Notes: generated from the sequence alone by a model not told the origin. A stretch of DNA of 64,000 nt from Candidatus Bathyarchaeota archaeon (GCA_963815095.1 CAWFFH010000001.1:64001-128000); one strand, 5' to 3'. Counted from the first letter of the stretch, positions 29,976 to 41,955 are shown. Numbers and translations are program-made.

Positions 29976-32429
29976 TTACTTTCGTCTTTTTATCAAAACA
30001 ACTACTAAAATAGATACTGCCAATACAGTCAAAATCCCCGTTATCGCGGGAATTTCAAGAACTACAACTTCAGGGGAAGTGAAGGGTGTAGATGTTGGGG
30101 TAGTCGACGGCGTGGGCGTAGGGGTGGGCGATGAAGTTTGACTTGGTGTTGGCGTGGGTGAAGGAATATGTGTTGGGGCTACTGTGGACTTCGGAGTTTT
30201 AACATTTAATGTGTAACTATATATTGGAGACGTTAACCCTGCATTATCTCTGTATTGGGCATAAACTGTTTTTTGGCCATCGCCGCTTTGAAGAGTCCAT
30301 GTAGTCGATGATGCATAAGGCTCCCAGTTAGACCAAGTGTTGTTATCGTTTGAGAAGCTCATTTGCGATATTCCTGAGAGATCTTCAGCTGTAGATAAAG
30401 TCAGTGTAATGGTGGGTGAAGTGGTGGTTGCAGCTGTCGTTATTGTGCCTGCTGGGGCGGTTTTGTCTAATTGAATTCCTTTGAGGGTGACATGTGGAAG
30501 GTAAGTTAGGCCTGTCCCATAAATATTCCATGAACTCCAATAATCAAGCGTGTTGTTGTCGCCTTCGGTTGTTATCGTTGGCTGTCCGTTAGCAGTAACG
30601 TTGAAAACTGGTCCATCGTTTATGGTATAGAATGTTTCATTTACTGGATAGTCAGGTGTTAAGTTTATGGTTACGTTAGATGTATGCCATCCAACTGTGT
30701 AATCGTTAGCTACAGTTGGTAAACGGGTTAAATTGACGCAGAAATTGCTGTTTCCATCATTTATTGTAAGAATATGCTGTCCCGCATCAGTGATTGGCAC
30801 CTGCACGGTTGCATTCAAAAATCCTGTTCCGTCAATCGTTGCTGTACCTAAACTCACTTTGTCATCCCACTTTAAAGATGCGGTGCCGTTTATGGGGTTA
30901 AACCATTGGCCCACAATAATTATGGATTGGTGATTTTGAACAAAAGTCGATGCGGCTAAGTTTGTGTTGCTACCGAATAATCCGGTGGCTGAAGTGTCTG
31001 ATAGTTGCGTTAAGCCCCGTCTCCACTCCGTATAAGGTACGGTTGTTTTGTAGTAGCGTCCATTGCTGTTATCTTGCGCTCGAAAAATAATGTTGTCGGA
31101 TTGAGGCTGATTGTCTCCTGCTGAATTGTTCCGAAGTAGGTCTGGGGCATTGAATGAATAACTGAAAGTTCCCGCTGTGGTTTCATAGTTATCTGTTAAT
31201 GGGATCCAAGAGAGATTCGTTGGATTTAGATAAGTTATATTTACTGTGCTGCCTGTGGTGATGCCTATTCCGCTCAGTGTTATAGAGCCGCCGGGTGGTC
31301 CAGAATTTGGCGTTACCGTTAGGGCGCCGAAATTAAAAGTTAAAGGGCTCCCTAACCCCGTCACTAAATCGTAACTTGTTGTTGCAGAATTAATGTAGTT
31401 GGAGCCCTCTGTCATGTCACGAAAGTAAGTGGAGTAGACTGATGTTGCTCTTGCATACAGATTATTGTTTGTCGCTGAAAGTCCAAGGGCGTGGATAGCT
31501 GCCCATTGAGGTGCGCCAGCGCTTGTGCCGCCTACTTTCCACCATGTACCATTATACACTGCAACTCCTGTGTTAGCATCTCCAACGTACGATACATCGG
31601 GAACCGCCCGATTAGAGTAAGTAAGTCCATAGTTTGTTTGGAAGATAGGTTTAGCTACGTAATTGCTTACTCCGCCGCTACTGTTGCTCCAAGCTGTCTC
31701 AGAAATTACCTTTCCAGCCGAGTTAAGGTTTAAGGTAGTTCCCCCAACACTAACAACTTTTGCTGAGGCGGCAGGCCAGTTTACGTATGTACCGTCATCC
31801 CCTGAAGATGCGAAAAAAGTTATCCCTGGCTTATTAAAATGGTTTTCAAAACTACTGCTTGTTTCACTTGAGAACTCATTGTTGCCCCAACTCATTGAAA
31901 CCGCCACCACTCCTGGCTGGCTAGTTGCATAATCAACGGCAGAAAGAAGGTCAGAATCCGATGCAGACGTTGCTTCAACCAACAGGATTTTTGCGTTTGG
32001 CGCGATTGCATGAGCCCACTCAACATCTAAACAAGCTTCCAGTTGCCAATCTATGTTAGAAGGAGGAGGCGGAGCCGTTCCAGGCATCTTGAAGACATTA
32101 AAGTTGCCAGTGTTGTTTGTTTGAAGATTATATTGGGTTGAAAACGTATTGAAGTAATTCAGAATGTTTTCAATATCATAAGCATCAACTATTGCGATTG
32201 TGGTCCCTGCGCCGCCGGAAGAGGGCAAACCATAGGCTGTTCTTATTTGGTCGGGGCTATAACCTATCGGGGTGGAAGAACCGACAAAGGGGGAAATATA
32301 CATTGGCTGTGCCATCCAATCGTCCTCGGGATGTGCATTCGTGTTGGCAACGAATGGGACGAAGAAAGCGAAAATAAACATTGAACATGTAGTGAAGACC
32401 AAAATTTGGGTTGCTTGGCATCGATTCAC
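29976..32429 (-). CDS. S53 (sedolisin/kumamolisin-like) peptidase, secreted with Ig-like domains and C-terminal membrane anchor
   Basis: EACLDVE (Glu/Asp of the triad), SSGD oxyanion motif, GGTSAGAP catalytic Ser, YDLVTGLGSP; P/T-rich linker, TM helix and KRRK tail. Confidence 0.9.
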   Translation of the reverse strand: MNRCQATQILVFTTCSMFIFAFFVPFVANTNAHPEDDWMAQPMYISPFVGSSTPIGYSPDQIRTAYGLPSSGGAGTTIAIVDAYDIENILNYFNTFSTQYNLQTNNTGNFNVFKMPGTAPPPPSNIDWQLEACLDVEWAHAIAPNAKILLVEATSASDSDLLSAVDYATSQPGVVAVSMSWGNNEFSSETSSSFENHFNKPGITFFASSGDDGTYVNWPAASAKVVSVGGTTLNLNSAGKVISETAWSNSSGGVSNYVAKPIFQTNYGLTYSNRAVPDVSYVGDANTGVAVYNGTWWKVGGTSAGAPQWAAIHALGLSATNNNLYARATSVYSTYFRDMTEGSNYINSATTSYDLVTGLGSPLTFNFGALTVTPNSGPPGGSITLSGIGITTGSTVNITYLNPTNLSWIPLTDNYETTAGTFSYSFNAPDLLRNNSAGDNQPQSDNIIFRAQDNSNGRYYKTTVPYTEWRRGLTQLSDTSATGLFGSNTNLAASTFVQNHQSIIIVGQWFNPINGTASLKWDDKVSLGTATIDGTGFLNATVQVPITDAGQHILTINDGNSNFCVNLTRLPTVANDYTVGWHTSNVTINLTPDYPVNETFYTINDGPVFNVTANGQPTITTEGDNNTLDYWSSWNIYGTGLTYLPHVTLKGIQLDKTAPAGTITTAATTTSPTITLTLSTAEDLSGISQMSFSNDNNTWSNWEPYASSTTWTLQSGDGQKTVYAQYRDNAGLTSPIYSYTLNVKTPKSTVAPTHIPSPTPTPSQTSSPTPTPTPSTTPTSTPFTSPEVVVLEIPAITGILTVLAVSILVVVLIKRRK

Positions 32430-32596
32430 TTTTTCCAGGTTCCCTTTTTTTTATTCACGGACACTGCATAGCAATTAACAACTACTTATGTGAGTGCCAG
32501 TCTTTTATGGTTTATTAACTTGTACTCCACTGTTTTGATTTTTGCAAGCGCAAATAATATAGCCCTATGCAATGCACAATACAGTAAGTGAATTAA

Positions 32597-33826
32597 ATGT
32601 CAATGCAAAAGTCGTATTCACGTTTACTTGGAGTAGTTGGAAAACCAAACACTGGAAAATCCACGTTTTTTAGCGCTGCAACATTGGTAGCGGCTGAAAT
32701 AGCCAATTACCCCTTCACCACCATCAAACCAAACCGAGGAGTCGGTTACGTGCGAACAAAATGCGTCCACGAAGACTTCAAAGTCCAAGACAACCCGCGA
32801 AACTCGATGTGTCTTGGCGGCGACAGGATGGTTCCAGTCGAATTAATCGACATCGCAGGCATCGTGCCAGGCGCCTGGGAAGGAAAAGGCTTAGGCAATC
32901 AGTTCCTAGACGAAATCCGCCGAGCAGACGCCCTCGTCCATGTCGTTGACGCTTCAGGCGGAACCGACTGCGAAGGCAAAAGCTGCAAACCAGGCGAACA
33001 CGACCCAATCGAAGACATCCAGTTTCTGGAAAAAGAAATCAACATGTGGATGCAAAATATCCTCAAAAAAGACTGGTCAAAAATCTCCAGAACCGTGGAA
33101 ACCGACAAAAAAGGACTTGCCCACCACCTGGAAGACCGCTTAGCAGGCTTAAGCATCAAGCGTCAATGTGTGGCTGAAGCTGCCAGAAGATCAAATCTAA
33201 ACATTGAAAGACCCGTCTCTTGGACTGATGATGACTTTTACCGTTTCGTAGACAACCTTCGCCGCATTTCTAAGCCGCTTTTGATTATTGCTAACAAAGT
33301 TGATTTGCCAACTGCCCAAGCAAACATTGAACGAATGAAAAAACTTGACTACGTCGTTATTCCCTGCTCGGCAGAAGCAGAGTTGGTGCTGAGGCGTGCG
33401 GCGGAGAAGCAGCTGATTGATTATAAGTCAGGCGATAAAGACTTCACAATTACGCATCCTGAGAAGCTGTCGACTGGCCAAATTAGGGCGCTGGAACAGG
33501 TGAAAGAAAAAATCCTCAAACCCAACGGCGCCACCGGCGTACAGGAAGCAATAAACACCGCTTACTTCAAACTGCTTGATATGATAACGGTCTATCCAGT
33601 TGAAGACTTAGAACACTTAACCGACCACAACGGGCGCGTTCTACCTGACGCATACCTCGTACCTAAAGGAACCACCGCACACCTATTCGCGTACATAATC
33701 CATAGTGAACTTGGCGAAAACTTCTTGTATGCTATCGATGCCCGGGATAAAAGAAGAATCGGTGAAGACGCCATCCTCAAAGACCGCGACGTTATATCAA
33801 TTGTCAGCGCAAAAAAACGCGCCTAA
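32597..33826 (+). CDS. ychF: Archaeal YchF/Obg-family translation-associated NTPase with TGS domain
   Basis: [33 protein letters not shown] and a C-terminal TGS-like region. Confidence 0.9.
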   Translation: MSMQKSYSRLLGVVGKPNTGKSTFFSAATLVAAEIANYPFTTIKPNRGVGYVRTKCVHEDFKVQDNPRNSMCLGGDRMVPVELIDIAGIVPGAWEGKGLGNQFLDEIRRADALVHVVDASGGTDCEGKSCKPGEHDPIEDIQFLEKEINMWMQNILKKDWSKISRTVETDKKGLAHHLEDRLAGLSIKRQCVAEAARRSNLNIERPVSWTDDDFYRFVDNLRRISKPLLIIANKVDLPTAQANIERMKKLDYVVIPCSAEAELVLRRAAEKQLIDYKSGDKDFTITHPEKLSTGQIRALEQVKEKILKPNGATGVQEAINTAYFKLLDMITVYPVEDLEHLTDHNGRVLPDAYLVPKGTTAHLFAYIIHSELGENFLYAIDARDKRRIGEDAILKDRDVISIVSAKKRA

Positions 33827-33833
33827 TCTTTTT

Positions 33834-34635
33834 TTATGATCCGAAACGCCGCTTGCGGTGCTGAAACACCCTAATTGCCCTTAAAAGGTCAATGAGTCGG
33901 AAGTCAGGCCAGTAAACATCAAGGAATAGCAGTTCGCTGTAGGCGGCTTGCCAAAGCAGAAACCCGCTGAGGCGTTCCTCGCCTGAGGTGCGGATAATCA
34001 TGTCTGGGTCCTGTTTAGTCATGTGTGACGTATAGAGGTACTTTTCAAAGGTTTCCTCAGTTATGTCATCGATTTTAAGTTCGTTGTTCTGCACTTTCTT
34101 AGCGATGATTTTGGCTGCATCGACAATTTCTGCTCTTCCACCATATGCGAAGGCAAAGTTCCAGAAGTAACAATCATAGTTCTCAGTGGCTTTTTCAAGT
34201 TCTGCGATGGTTTGTTGCAAGCTATCAGGCAACATATTTGTTCTACCGATAACTTTCACATGTATTTTGTCCCTGTGAAGACGTTCATCTTTTAAGAGTT
34301 TACGGAAACGCTCTTCAGCAATCTGCATAATCTAGCGCAACTTCATCTGAATGCCTGGTAAAGTTTTCAGTGGAGAAAGTATAAAGAGTAACGTATTTCA
34401 CGCCTATCATATGGCACCAATCTAAAAGTTGCTCAACTGTGTCGGCGCCTCCTCCGTGTCCCCATTTGTCCCTCGTAAGCATGGGGTGAGTTTCATTTGC
34501 ATTCGCCCAACGTCTGTTTCCATCCAGAATTATAGCTATGTGTTCGGGTTTGTTGCCGTTTTTGACCTGTTGCCACAGCCATTTCTCGTAAGCCTTGTAG
34601 GCGCCGATGACTGAAAGAAACCTCTGAAGCACCAA
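33834..34635 (-). CDS. uppS: cis-Prenyltransferase (polyprenyl diphosphate synthase); frameshift near 34330
   Basis: HIAIILDGNRRWA and YTFSTENF in the first frame; AYGGRAEI, IIRTSGEERLSGFLLWQ and WPDF in the second. Confidence 0.93.
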
Positions 34636-34756
34636 TTGAACCTCTCATGTATGAAGGATTTTGCACTTACATTTTTTACTGTGCACTATAGCTTAAGCCT
34701 TTATGGGTTAAATTAAAGCTTCCTCTAAAATGAAAAGAAACAAACCGGAAATAAAT

Positions 34757-35988
34757 TTAGAGTTCTTCAGCTTTTTCGTCTCGTCTCTTGAAGAAATCTT
34801 TGGCCGACCGATTAACTATATAAATCAACAGTACTGAGGCAACGCCGATTAAGAATGCCCACGATTATAGTGAAGAGGAAACTTGAAAAGATTGAGTCAT
34901 TTAACCCAACCACCGCAGACGTATTTGTTATAATAGTGGATTATAACGTTCGCTGTTCCAACCAAAACCCACCGTGACCAAGCCACGGAAACGATTAAAG
35001 CAATGTTTCTCAGTAATTTTGAATCTCTCTCAACATACAATCTTACAATTCGTCCTAACAGAACAATGATTATGCCCGCTACTAAAAGATCAATAATTCC
35101 TGTAATGAAGTAATACGCTACTCTTGGAGTCATGCTTAGCCACCCAGCCAAGTTGGCGGCAGGCGCAACGTTGATGTTAACGTTTGCTACACCCAAGTAA
35201 ACACTCACGGCAATGCAAAGTATTCCTGCAATTACGGTGTAGTTTGAAATTTGCATGGGAAGTGAGGGCGGCGAGTAATCTCTTGCCCATTTGTAGAGAT
35301 CTTTAGTAGCTTTGTCAACACCGAAGCCTTTTAGGAGCAAGAAACCGCCTACAACAATTACGATTGCTATGCCGTAGAAGTAGATGGCGCCGGGGTAGAC
35401 GTAGTTGTTAATTGCCCAAAGGATACCGAAAATTAAAACCAAAATGCCTGGTAATCCCAATGCCATTCGGGCATATCTTGGATTATCTACTAGTAAGCGA
35501 ACGTATTTTCCGAAGACTGCCGCGGTTTCTTCGATGGATTCGCTGTGTTTTATGACTATGCGTCGCACTGATGAAACGGGCACTCTAGATTCCACCAAAG
35601 GTAAAACTGCTTCGTCTGAAAAACCATCAGTAACCAAAATAACTTCGTTGGCACTGAAAGAATTTAGCAAGTTGTTTAATTCGGCAACAAGTTTTCTATC
35701 AGCACCCACGCCCCCCAACTCATTGCCCGAAATGGTTGCAACTTCAAATATTTCTTCAGGTTGCTTTTCATCACGCAATCTATCATAGAGCCTAACCGCT
35801 TCGAACATGGCGTTAGCGTCGGGTTCTTCAGGATCCTTAAGTGCTAAAGCAACTGCACCATCGAGGTTGGCGATTCTTCCCAGAAGAGGCGTTTTTATGC
35901 CTGCTTTAACTTCAATATCGCCATCTCTATCTACACATAAAATTAAGATGCGTTTTTGCGTCTGGGGGTGCGTTTCCTTTTTAGCCAT
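34757..35988 (-). CDS. DUF373 family membrane protein; frameshift(s) near 34900
   Basis: ILCVDRDGD, DPEEPDAN, VTDGFSDE, VIKHSESIE motifs; the hydrophobic tail continues out of frame to ...DEKAEEL*. Confidence 0.82.
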
Positions 35989-36022
35989 CGAATCTCTATC
36001 TCATTAATATTGCCACTTAGCT

Positions 36023-36996
36023 TTAAGCTTGTGTTTCTTTATCATCCTCTTCTTCATCGCCGAGCATGAATTGAAACTCTTCCCAGTTTACTTTTTCTCC
36101 GCGTTGCAGTTTTTCTTTGGCTTCTGCACCTATTTTCTCTTTAATCTCCTTTTCTTTAACTGCGCGCTGCATCTGTTCCTCTTTTCTCTTAGCTTGCTCT
36201 TCTCTGCGCCTAACTTGTTCCTCGTTTCTTCTTGCTTCATCCTCTGCTCTTCTGCATAGCGATTGCTCCCTATTGGCAGTCCTGATGCTTGTCGATTGAC
36301 CAATCAACTCACTAATTTGTGCATACCAGAGGATATTTTGGTCTTTAGCATTAACAAATGCTTGATGGAGACTATCCGCTTCGGCTCTATCCCTTTTAAG
36401 GGCGTTTAGTTTTTCCATCATCGTTGAATGCAGTTCTTGGCTTTTTTTGGCTAACTCGGTTAATTCATTGTGAAAAACGTCTGCCTCGGCATCAATTACT
36501 TTGCGTTGAACAAGTAACGCTTTGATTTTTTCATGTCTTTTATCGATTTTTTTGTAATTCTTTAAGCTGAATTTCAAGCTCTTTTACTTCGCCCACAAGC
36601 CGTTTTTCCTCTTGCATATCTAGCTGAGGTGGTTGAAATTTTCCATTCAATAGCGTCAAGCTCTTCTTGCAATTCACGTTGGCTTACGCGAGGTAAATTC
36701 TTTTTGAGTTCAGCGATTTTTTCATCTAATCGCATTAATTTCATCCATAATTGGTGTAGCTTTAACTCTTACAAGATCTCTTTGCTCTTTTAGCAACTTT
36801 ACCTTCTCATTGAGGGCGTCCCTTTCAGTTTTTATTTTGTTAATTTCTTCTCGGGACTTTCGTCACTTGGTCGTGTAATCTGGTTTCTTTTCTCAACGTA
36901 TTTTTTGATTTGAGCGTTTGCTTCACCAATTTGCTTTTTTAGTTTATCGATCTGCAGATTGATGTTTCCTTCTGAGCTAGTTTTTTGTTCTGACAC
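36023..36996 (-). CDS. Archaeal coiled-coil protein (COG1340-like), several frameshifts in the 5' half
   Basis: E/K/Q-rich heptads, C-terminal EKLQRGEKVNWEEF; GTG start at 36996; upstream of DUF373 and uppS. Confidence 0.7.
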
Positions 36997-37151
36997 GCCT
37001 TAGCCTCTGTAAGATGAAAGTTATACCATAGCTTTGTTATCGGAATTTATATTGATTTACTTTAGAAACTATGGCTACCCCATTGAAACCCTGTTTTTAC
37101 ATGTTATAATTTTAAATATGTGCTGACACCATGATTGGTTGAGATGGAAAC

Positions 37152-37564
37152 ATGACCTTCAACTACGATGAACTACTTAAGACGAGCATGCGCTCAAATG
37201 CCCCAAGTCTCCGAAAAACGCGAACGCTTAGAATTACCCCGACTTTTTGTTAACACCGTAGGTATGCGCACAATAATTTCTAACTTTAAAGAAGTAGCCG
37301 ACTGCATTAGATCGCGACCCCCAACACATCCTAAAGTTCTTAACCCGAGAAATGGCAACAGCAGCCACTTTCGCTGATACTCGCGCTATCTTCCAAGGAA
37401 AATTCCAGCGAGATAGCTTCGAGCGACTACTGCAAAGGTATCTTGAGGGTTATGTTAGTTGCCCAGTATGCAAACGCCCAGACACCAGAATAGTCAAAGA
37501 AAAACGCTTGTCTTTTCTGGTATGTAACGCCTGCGGAGCAAAATCATCCATCAAGCAACTATGA
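37152..37564 (+). CDS. eif2b: Translation initiation factor aIF-2 beta subunit; two frameshifts
   Basis: MTFNYDELLK|RA..ERLELP..RTIISNFKEVAD|LDRDPQHILKFLTREMAT..YVSCPVCKRPDT..CNACGA. Confidence 0.92.
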
Positions 37565-37574
37565 GAGAGATAAC

Positions 37575-37871
37575 TTGGAAGTTTACCTAAACATAAAAAA
37601 GATCGGTCAAAACGTTCTCTTAGCAGTCTGCGACTGTGACTTGCTTGGAAAGACGCTTCGGGAAGGCAAAATTGTCTTTAAAATAAAAGACGAATTCTAC
37701 AATGGGCGAAAAGCAACAGTGGATGAAGCGGTTGGTTTGATTAATAATTCGACAATTGTGAACCTTGTAGGCAAGTGCTGTGTTGAAACCGCTATCGCTC
37801 AAGGGTATGTTCATCCAGACGCAGTTATAAAAATTGAAGGCATTCCGCATGCCCAAATAATGAAGTTATAA
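37575..37871 (+). CDS. DUF424 family protein
   Basis: LLAVCDCDLLGK, EFYNG, IVNLVG, GIPHAQ; usual neighbour of aIF-2beta. Confidence 0.9.
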   Translation: MEVYLNIKKIGQNVLLAVCDCDLLGKTLREGKIVFKIKDEFYNGRKATVDEAVGLINNSTIVNLVGKCCVETAIAQGYVHPDAVIKIEGIPHAQIMKL

Positions 37872-37918
37872 AATAGAAAATTTTAGCCCAAAAAATAGGG
37901 CTTTTTAGTTTTCTTTGG

Positions 37919-38302
37919 TTAAATTGGTGCAGACTCATATTTTGGCTTGGTTGACGAAGTCATTTCCGCCATTTTCTTTACCTTTGCAATTTGTCGTTTC
38001 ACATCTTCCACGCCTGATTCAAATGATTGGAGTGGAATTACTTCCCAAGAATTCTGGGCCCAAAATGGTAAACTTTGAAGCAAAACGCTGAGTTTTTCGG
38101 CAGATGGCGCCTCAACTAATATCACTCCAGCCCGTTGAGCTGCAAATAATCCGCCTGCAACTTTGTTTTTATCCTCCCAATCCTTCATCATTTCGATGCT
38201 GGGCAGAACAATGTTTTCAGATACCATGACAAAATTTGCGGGGTCAATTGGACCACCATAATCAATTCCTCGACCTATAATTAAAAACTTCAAAATTTTC
38301 AC
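37919..38302 (-). CDS. Small dimeric alpha/beta-barrel protein (DUF3303/muconolactone isomerase-like)
   Basis: GG..AGVILVEAPS.EKL..LL.SLPFW...WEVIPL pattern; family assignment tentative. Confidence 0.5.
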   Translation of the reverse strand: MKILKFLIIGRGIDYGGPIDPANFVMVSENIVLPSIEMMKDWEDKNKVAGGLFAAQRAGVILVEAPSAEKLSVLLQSLPFWAQNSWEVIPLQSFESGVEDVKRQIAKVKKMAEMTSSTKPKYESAPI

Positions 38303-38394
38303 CGCTAACTATGAAAATTTTCTGCCCTTTAAGAGTATGTGACTGAGGCACAGCACCCACAACCATTGAAGTTTTTTGCAGATTTGTTTCGACA

Positions 38395-40416
38395 CTATTT
38401 TCCATGCTTGATGTTTCGGAAACGTTTGAAGATAATGAAGCCTGCAATCACAATAAGAATTACGGATGCAGTCAAAACCAAAACTAGCGGAAGAGATAAT
38501 TGGTTGTTAGAAGTCACTAAAACGAGAGGACGCATCATTTGGTTGTCTTCATGGTCTAGAATATGGCAGTGCCAAACATACCCAGGACCCGCTGTTGGGT
38601 CAAATTTGTAGTTGGAGCCATCTTGCGGGGTAAATCGTATCCTAATCACCGTTATCGACCCAGCTGCGGCTTGAATAGTGTCTTTCCAGGATTGCTCATT
38701 TGGCGCTGGCTTAACCGGTTGCCCTTCCAGATACCGATTCAAATCCAAGTTTTTCGTAGTTTGGTTTAGGGGTAAGTTTCCGTTAAGAGTTTCCCAATCG
38801 TACATGTATATCGGTGAGTTCAGGGTTTGGCGCTCGACAAGTTGGAATTGAACTAGATGTAAATGGATTGGGTGCACAGTCATCGTGGGATTCACAATTA
38901 TCCAGTCTTCAGTGGTTCCCACCGTAGGCTTCTCTGTAGCTGGGGCATCGTATGATTGCCCATCCAGCAACATCGCCACTGTATTTGGTGAAGTGCCCTC
39001 TTCAACCAATGTTAAAGTTCTGCTTCTTATAGGAGACGGCAAGTTGGGGAAGTTCCCTTTCAAAGTTGGATTCAATTCTGAAGGCAAAGACTTCGGCGAA
39101 TCCCCTTTTGTGTTGCCAATGGTAAACTGAATGATTTGCCCAACGTTCTGCTTTTCATCGGAAGTCAACGCAGGATCTAAATTCTGAAGAACAATTTTCT
39201 CGCCAGTCGCTACATTAGAGAAATCTACAAGCAGGTCAACTCGCTCTGCGGGCGAGATAACAAGAGAGGTCAAAGTTATAGGAGCTTTTAGGTATCCTCC
39301 GTCGCTTCCTATCTGGGTAAACGACATGCCGTTCGAGAAATGCAACGTGTAGGAGCGGTCGTTTGAGCCATCCAAGATTCTAAGGCGGTACTGTCCTTGT
39401 TTAACATCCATGTTTGGCCATACCAAGCCGTTAACCATCAGAGTGTTTCCCAAAAAGGTCGGGTTCCAGTATGGATGCACCGTAGGATTAATGCCGTTGC
39501 TTGGATAGTAAAGCGCGCCGTCCGAGAGAAAATCCCTGTCTTGAATAGCGAGTGGAATTTCAAATTCGCTCTTGGGCAGCGACTGGGCAACTTGGTCACT
39601 GGGTGTCCTTAGGATGTAGAAACCAGCGAGCCCTGCCATTACGTTTAGGCGGGTAATTCCCATTGCATGGTCGTGGTACCAGAGTGTTGTGGCTTGTTGT
39701 TCGTTTGGGTAAATAAAAACTGCTGAATTGCTATCGGTGGGGACCTCGGTGTTGTAGGAAGTTCCATGTAAGCCGTTTGGGGTCCACCAAGCATCTGGGT
39801 TTCCATCAGAAGTCGACGGAGTTTCCCCTCCGTGGAGATGTATTGAAATAGGAACGGGGCTTTGTGCTTGTGGATAACCGTTTGGCGGAGCAGAATCTGG
39901 GTTAGGCGTCTGGATGCCATTGGGGTTAGCCCAGTTAAACGTTGGGTCAACAGCAAACAAATTCGGCAGCGGATTCCCAGAAGAATCTACGAGATCATTT
40001 ACCCATTTCACTTGAACTGGAACTCCTCGAATAGCTTCAAAAGTGCATCCAGGGGTGCTATGAACTAAACCCAAGGTTTCACCTGTAACCGCATTTTTTG
40101 CTTGTCCTTCAAAACCCCAAACAGTAGTTGCTCCAAAACCAGTTGGATTTCCGTTCGAATCGACAGTAGGCAACAATTGTTGCTCAAATTGACTTACACT
40201 AACAGTGTATTCTTGCTGGATTAATTTGCCCGAGCTATCTGTAATGTTGTTTGGAACATAGATTGGGGGAGCTATGGAAAGCTGGTTTGTCCACTTTGGA
40301 ATTGTTTGGGGATCCAAAAGAGTTTGAGTTTGCGAGAAAACGCCTTGAATAATAATGCTTGAAAACATTGAAGTTAAAAGAATAGTTATCAAAAAAACAC
40401 AAATCTTGTTTTTCAT
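38395..40416 (-). CDS. Multicopper oxidase (CotA/bilirubin-oxidase-like), signal peptide and C-terminal anchor
   Basis: All four Cu motifs: HLHG, WYHDH, HPIHLH, HCHILDHEDNQMM. Confidence 0.95.
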   Translation of the reverse strand: MKNKICVFLITILLTSMFSSIIIQGVFSQTQTLLDPQTIPKWTNQLSIAPPIYVPNNITDSSGKLIQQEYTVSVSQFEQQLLPTVDSNGNPTGFGATTVWGFEGQAKNAVTGETLGLVHSTPGCTFEAIRGVPVQVKWVNDLVDSSGNPLPNLFAVDPTFNWANPNGIQTPNPDSAPPNGYPQAQSPVPISIHLHGGETPSTSDGNPDAWWTPNGLHGTSYNTEVPTDSNSAVFIYPNEQQATTLWYHDHAMGITRLNVMAGLAGFYILRTPSDQVAQSLPKSEFEIPLAIQDRDFLSDGALYYPSNGINPTVHPYWNPTFLGNTLMVNGLVWPNMDVKQGQYRLRILDGSNDRSYTLHFSNGMSFTQIGSDGGYLKAPITLTSLVISPAERVDLLVDFSNVATGEKIVLQNLDPALTSDEKQNVGQIIQFTIGNTKGDSPKSLPSELNPTLKGNFPNLPSPIRSRTLTLVEEGTSPNTVAMLLDGQSYDAPATEKPTVGTTEDWIIVNPTMTVHPIHLHLVQFQLVERQTLNSPIYMYDWETLNGNLPLNQTTKNLDLNRYLEGQPVKPAPNEQSWKDTIQAAAGSITVIRIRFTPQDGSNYKFDPTAGPGYVWHCHILDHEDNQMMRPLVLVTSNNQLSLPLVLVLTASVILIVIAGFIIFKRFRNIKHGK

Positions 40417-40586
40417 TGTTGGTTCCTCAAAAACTCGGTGCTTTCCCTGAGAACAATTGCATTTGGCGATATTTAAATGGCGATTTGATTTTGTTCGCGT
40501 TCAGCATCTCGCTCATTTTTTCGGCTTTATCAATAAATTTAATTAACGTTGCCTCTTAAATGGTAATTCAAAACTACTGAGCCTTC

Positions 40587-41945
40587 ATGATGAAAGATGC
40601 CCTAAAAAAAATCGTTTTTAAACGTGCCATCATTATTGTTCTTGTAGCTTTGCTTGTTCTTTCAGCGTTCAACACGTACTTGATTTTTGTTGGAACCCAA
40701 TCTTCCATGAGCACCAATGCGGTGAATTACGATTATGTCCTTTCACGAGATGGCAATAATTACAAGTTGAAGAATATGCTAACGGGTTATGTGACGGAGA
40801 AAACAGCAAGTGCCTCGTCGATGCTAAATTCGGCTTTGTCGTCAGGAAACTCTGTTTTTCTCAACAAAGGAACATACCTTTTAACCAGCGACATAGTCGT
40901 TTCGAATAAAGTGAATGCTAAAATCGTTGGTAACAACGATGCAACCATTATCGGCAACGGCCACAAAATAATTGTTTACGGTGAAAACTATACAACCTCA
41001 AAAAACACCCTCATTTCAGGCTTAACTCTAATCAATGCTACCGTCAGGGTAGAGAACTCCTTTGGAACAACCATACAAAACATCGCCTTCGAAAATACCT
41101 CAACAGGCATCGAATTTGTCAACACCAATACCTGGAGTGAATACAACAAAGTTGAAAACTGCCAATTCATCAACTTCACCGAAGGCATCGCTTTTCGCAG
41201 TCCAGTCCTCAACGGCACAGGCTCTTATGCTAGCACACAAATAGACCGATGCTCCTTTAACCTGAGGGATTATTCGGTAGGCATCAAGGTTGAGCAATCA
41301 GCGGAGTTTTCCGACAGCCAAATTCAAGATGTCCGCTTCTGGATGGGCGAAAACGAATACACCAACCAAACAGGAATTTACGTTGATGGCGCAATGGATC
41401 AGACATTGTTGTTTGGGGTAGTGTTTGAGTCGTTTACTTCTCTACCTAACTATTTGTTCGGTATAGATATTGGCAATAACTGCAACCCTGCACCTATTCT
41501 TAATGGCGGCGTCAGCTTTTTGGGCAATTGGACCGCTAAAATCCATGATTCCCAAGGCATATGGCTTTCCGGCGATGACACTCTCTTTAAAAAAGAAAAC
41601 ATCAACGTTCCCGTCGGAACCACCAATGCTTTTGGGCTAAACGAGAGCATTCAGGTTAGACCTCTAACGATTTTGTCTTTTAAACCTAACATAGCGGTGA
41701 GTGGCAGTTTCTTTGATAACGAAACTGTAACGGTAAGAATCCGCCTAGAATACATTGACAACGTTATCTCAGATTCAATCACGAAAACCTTCACCAACAG
41801 CAGCTCACTTTGGCTATCAGATGAGGATATGATGCAGCTATTCCCATCTCAAGATATAGTTTGGGCTATTTGGTTTGACGCGAAAAGTAGCTCAAGCTCC
41901 ACAGATGCCATTGTGGCAATTAGCGGTTACGGCACAGCAGGATAG
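40587..41945 (+). CDS. Membrane-anchored parallel beta-helix (pectin-lyase-like) protein
   Basis: N-terminal TM, VFLNKGTY, repeated I.N..F.N...GI beta-helix pattern. Confidence 0.6.
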   Translation: MMKDALKKIVFKRAIIIVLVALLVLSAFNTYLIFVGTQSSMSTNAVNYDYVLSRDGNNYKLKNMLTGYVTEKTASASSMLNSALSSGNSVFLNKGTYLLTSDIVVSNKVNAKIVGNNDATIIGNGHKIIVYGENYTTSKNTLISGLTLINATVRVENSFGTTIQNIAFENTSTGIEFVNTNTWSEYNKVENCQFINFTEGIAFRSPVLNGTGSYASTQIDRCSFNLRDYSVGIKVEQSAEFSDSQIQDVRFWMGENEYTNQTGIYVDGAMDQTLLFGVVFESFTSLPNYLFGIDIGNNCNPAPILNGGVSFLGNWTAKIHDSQGIWLSGDDTLFKKENINVPVGTTNAFGLNESIQVRPLTILSFKPNIAVSGSFFDNETVTVRIRLEYIDNVISDSITKTFTNSSSLWLSDEDMMQLFPSQDIVWAIWFDAKSSSSSTDAIVAISGYGTAG

Positions 41946-41955
41946 GTTGTCAAAG

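Noticed and set aside
30080-30190. Tandem-like repeats
   Set aside because: P/T/S linker of the S53 peptidase.
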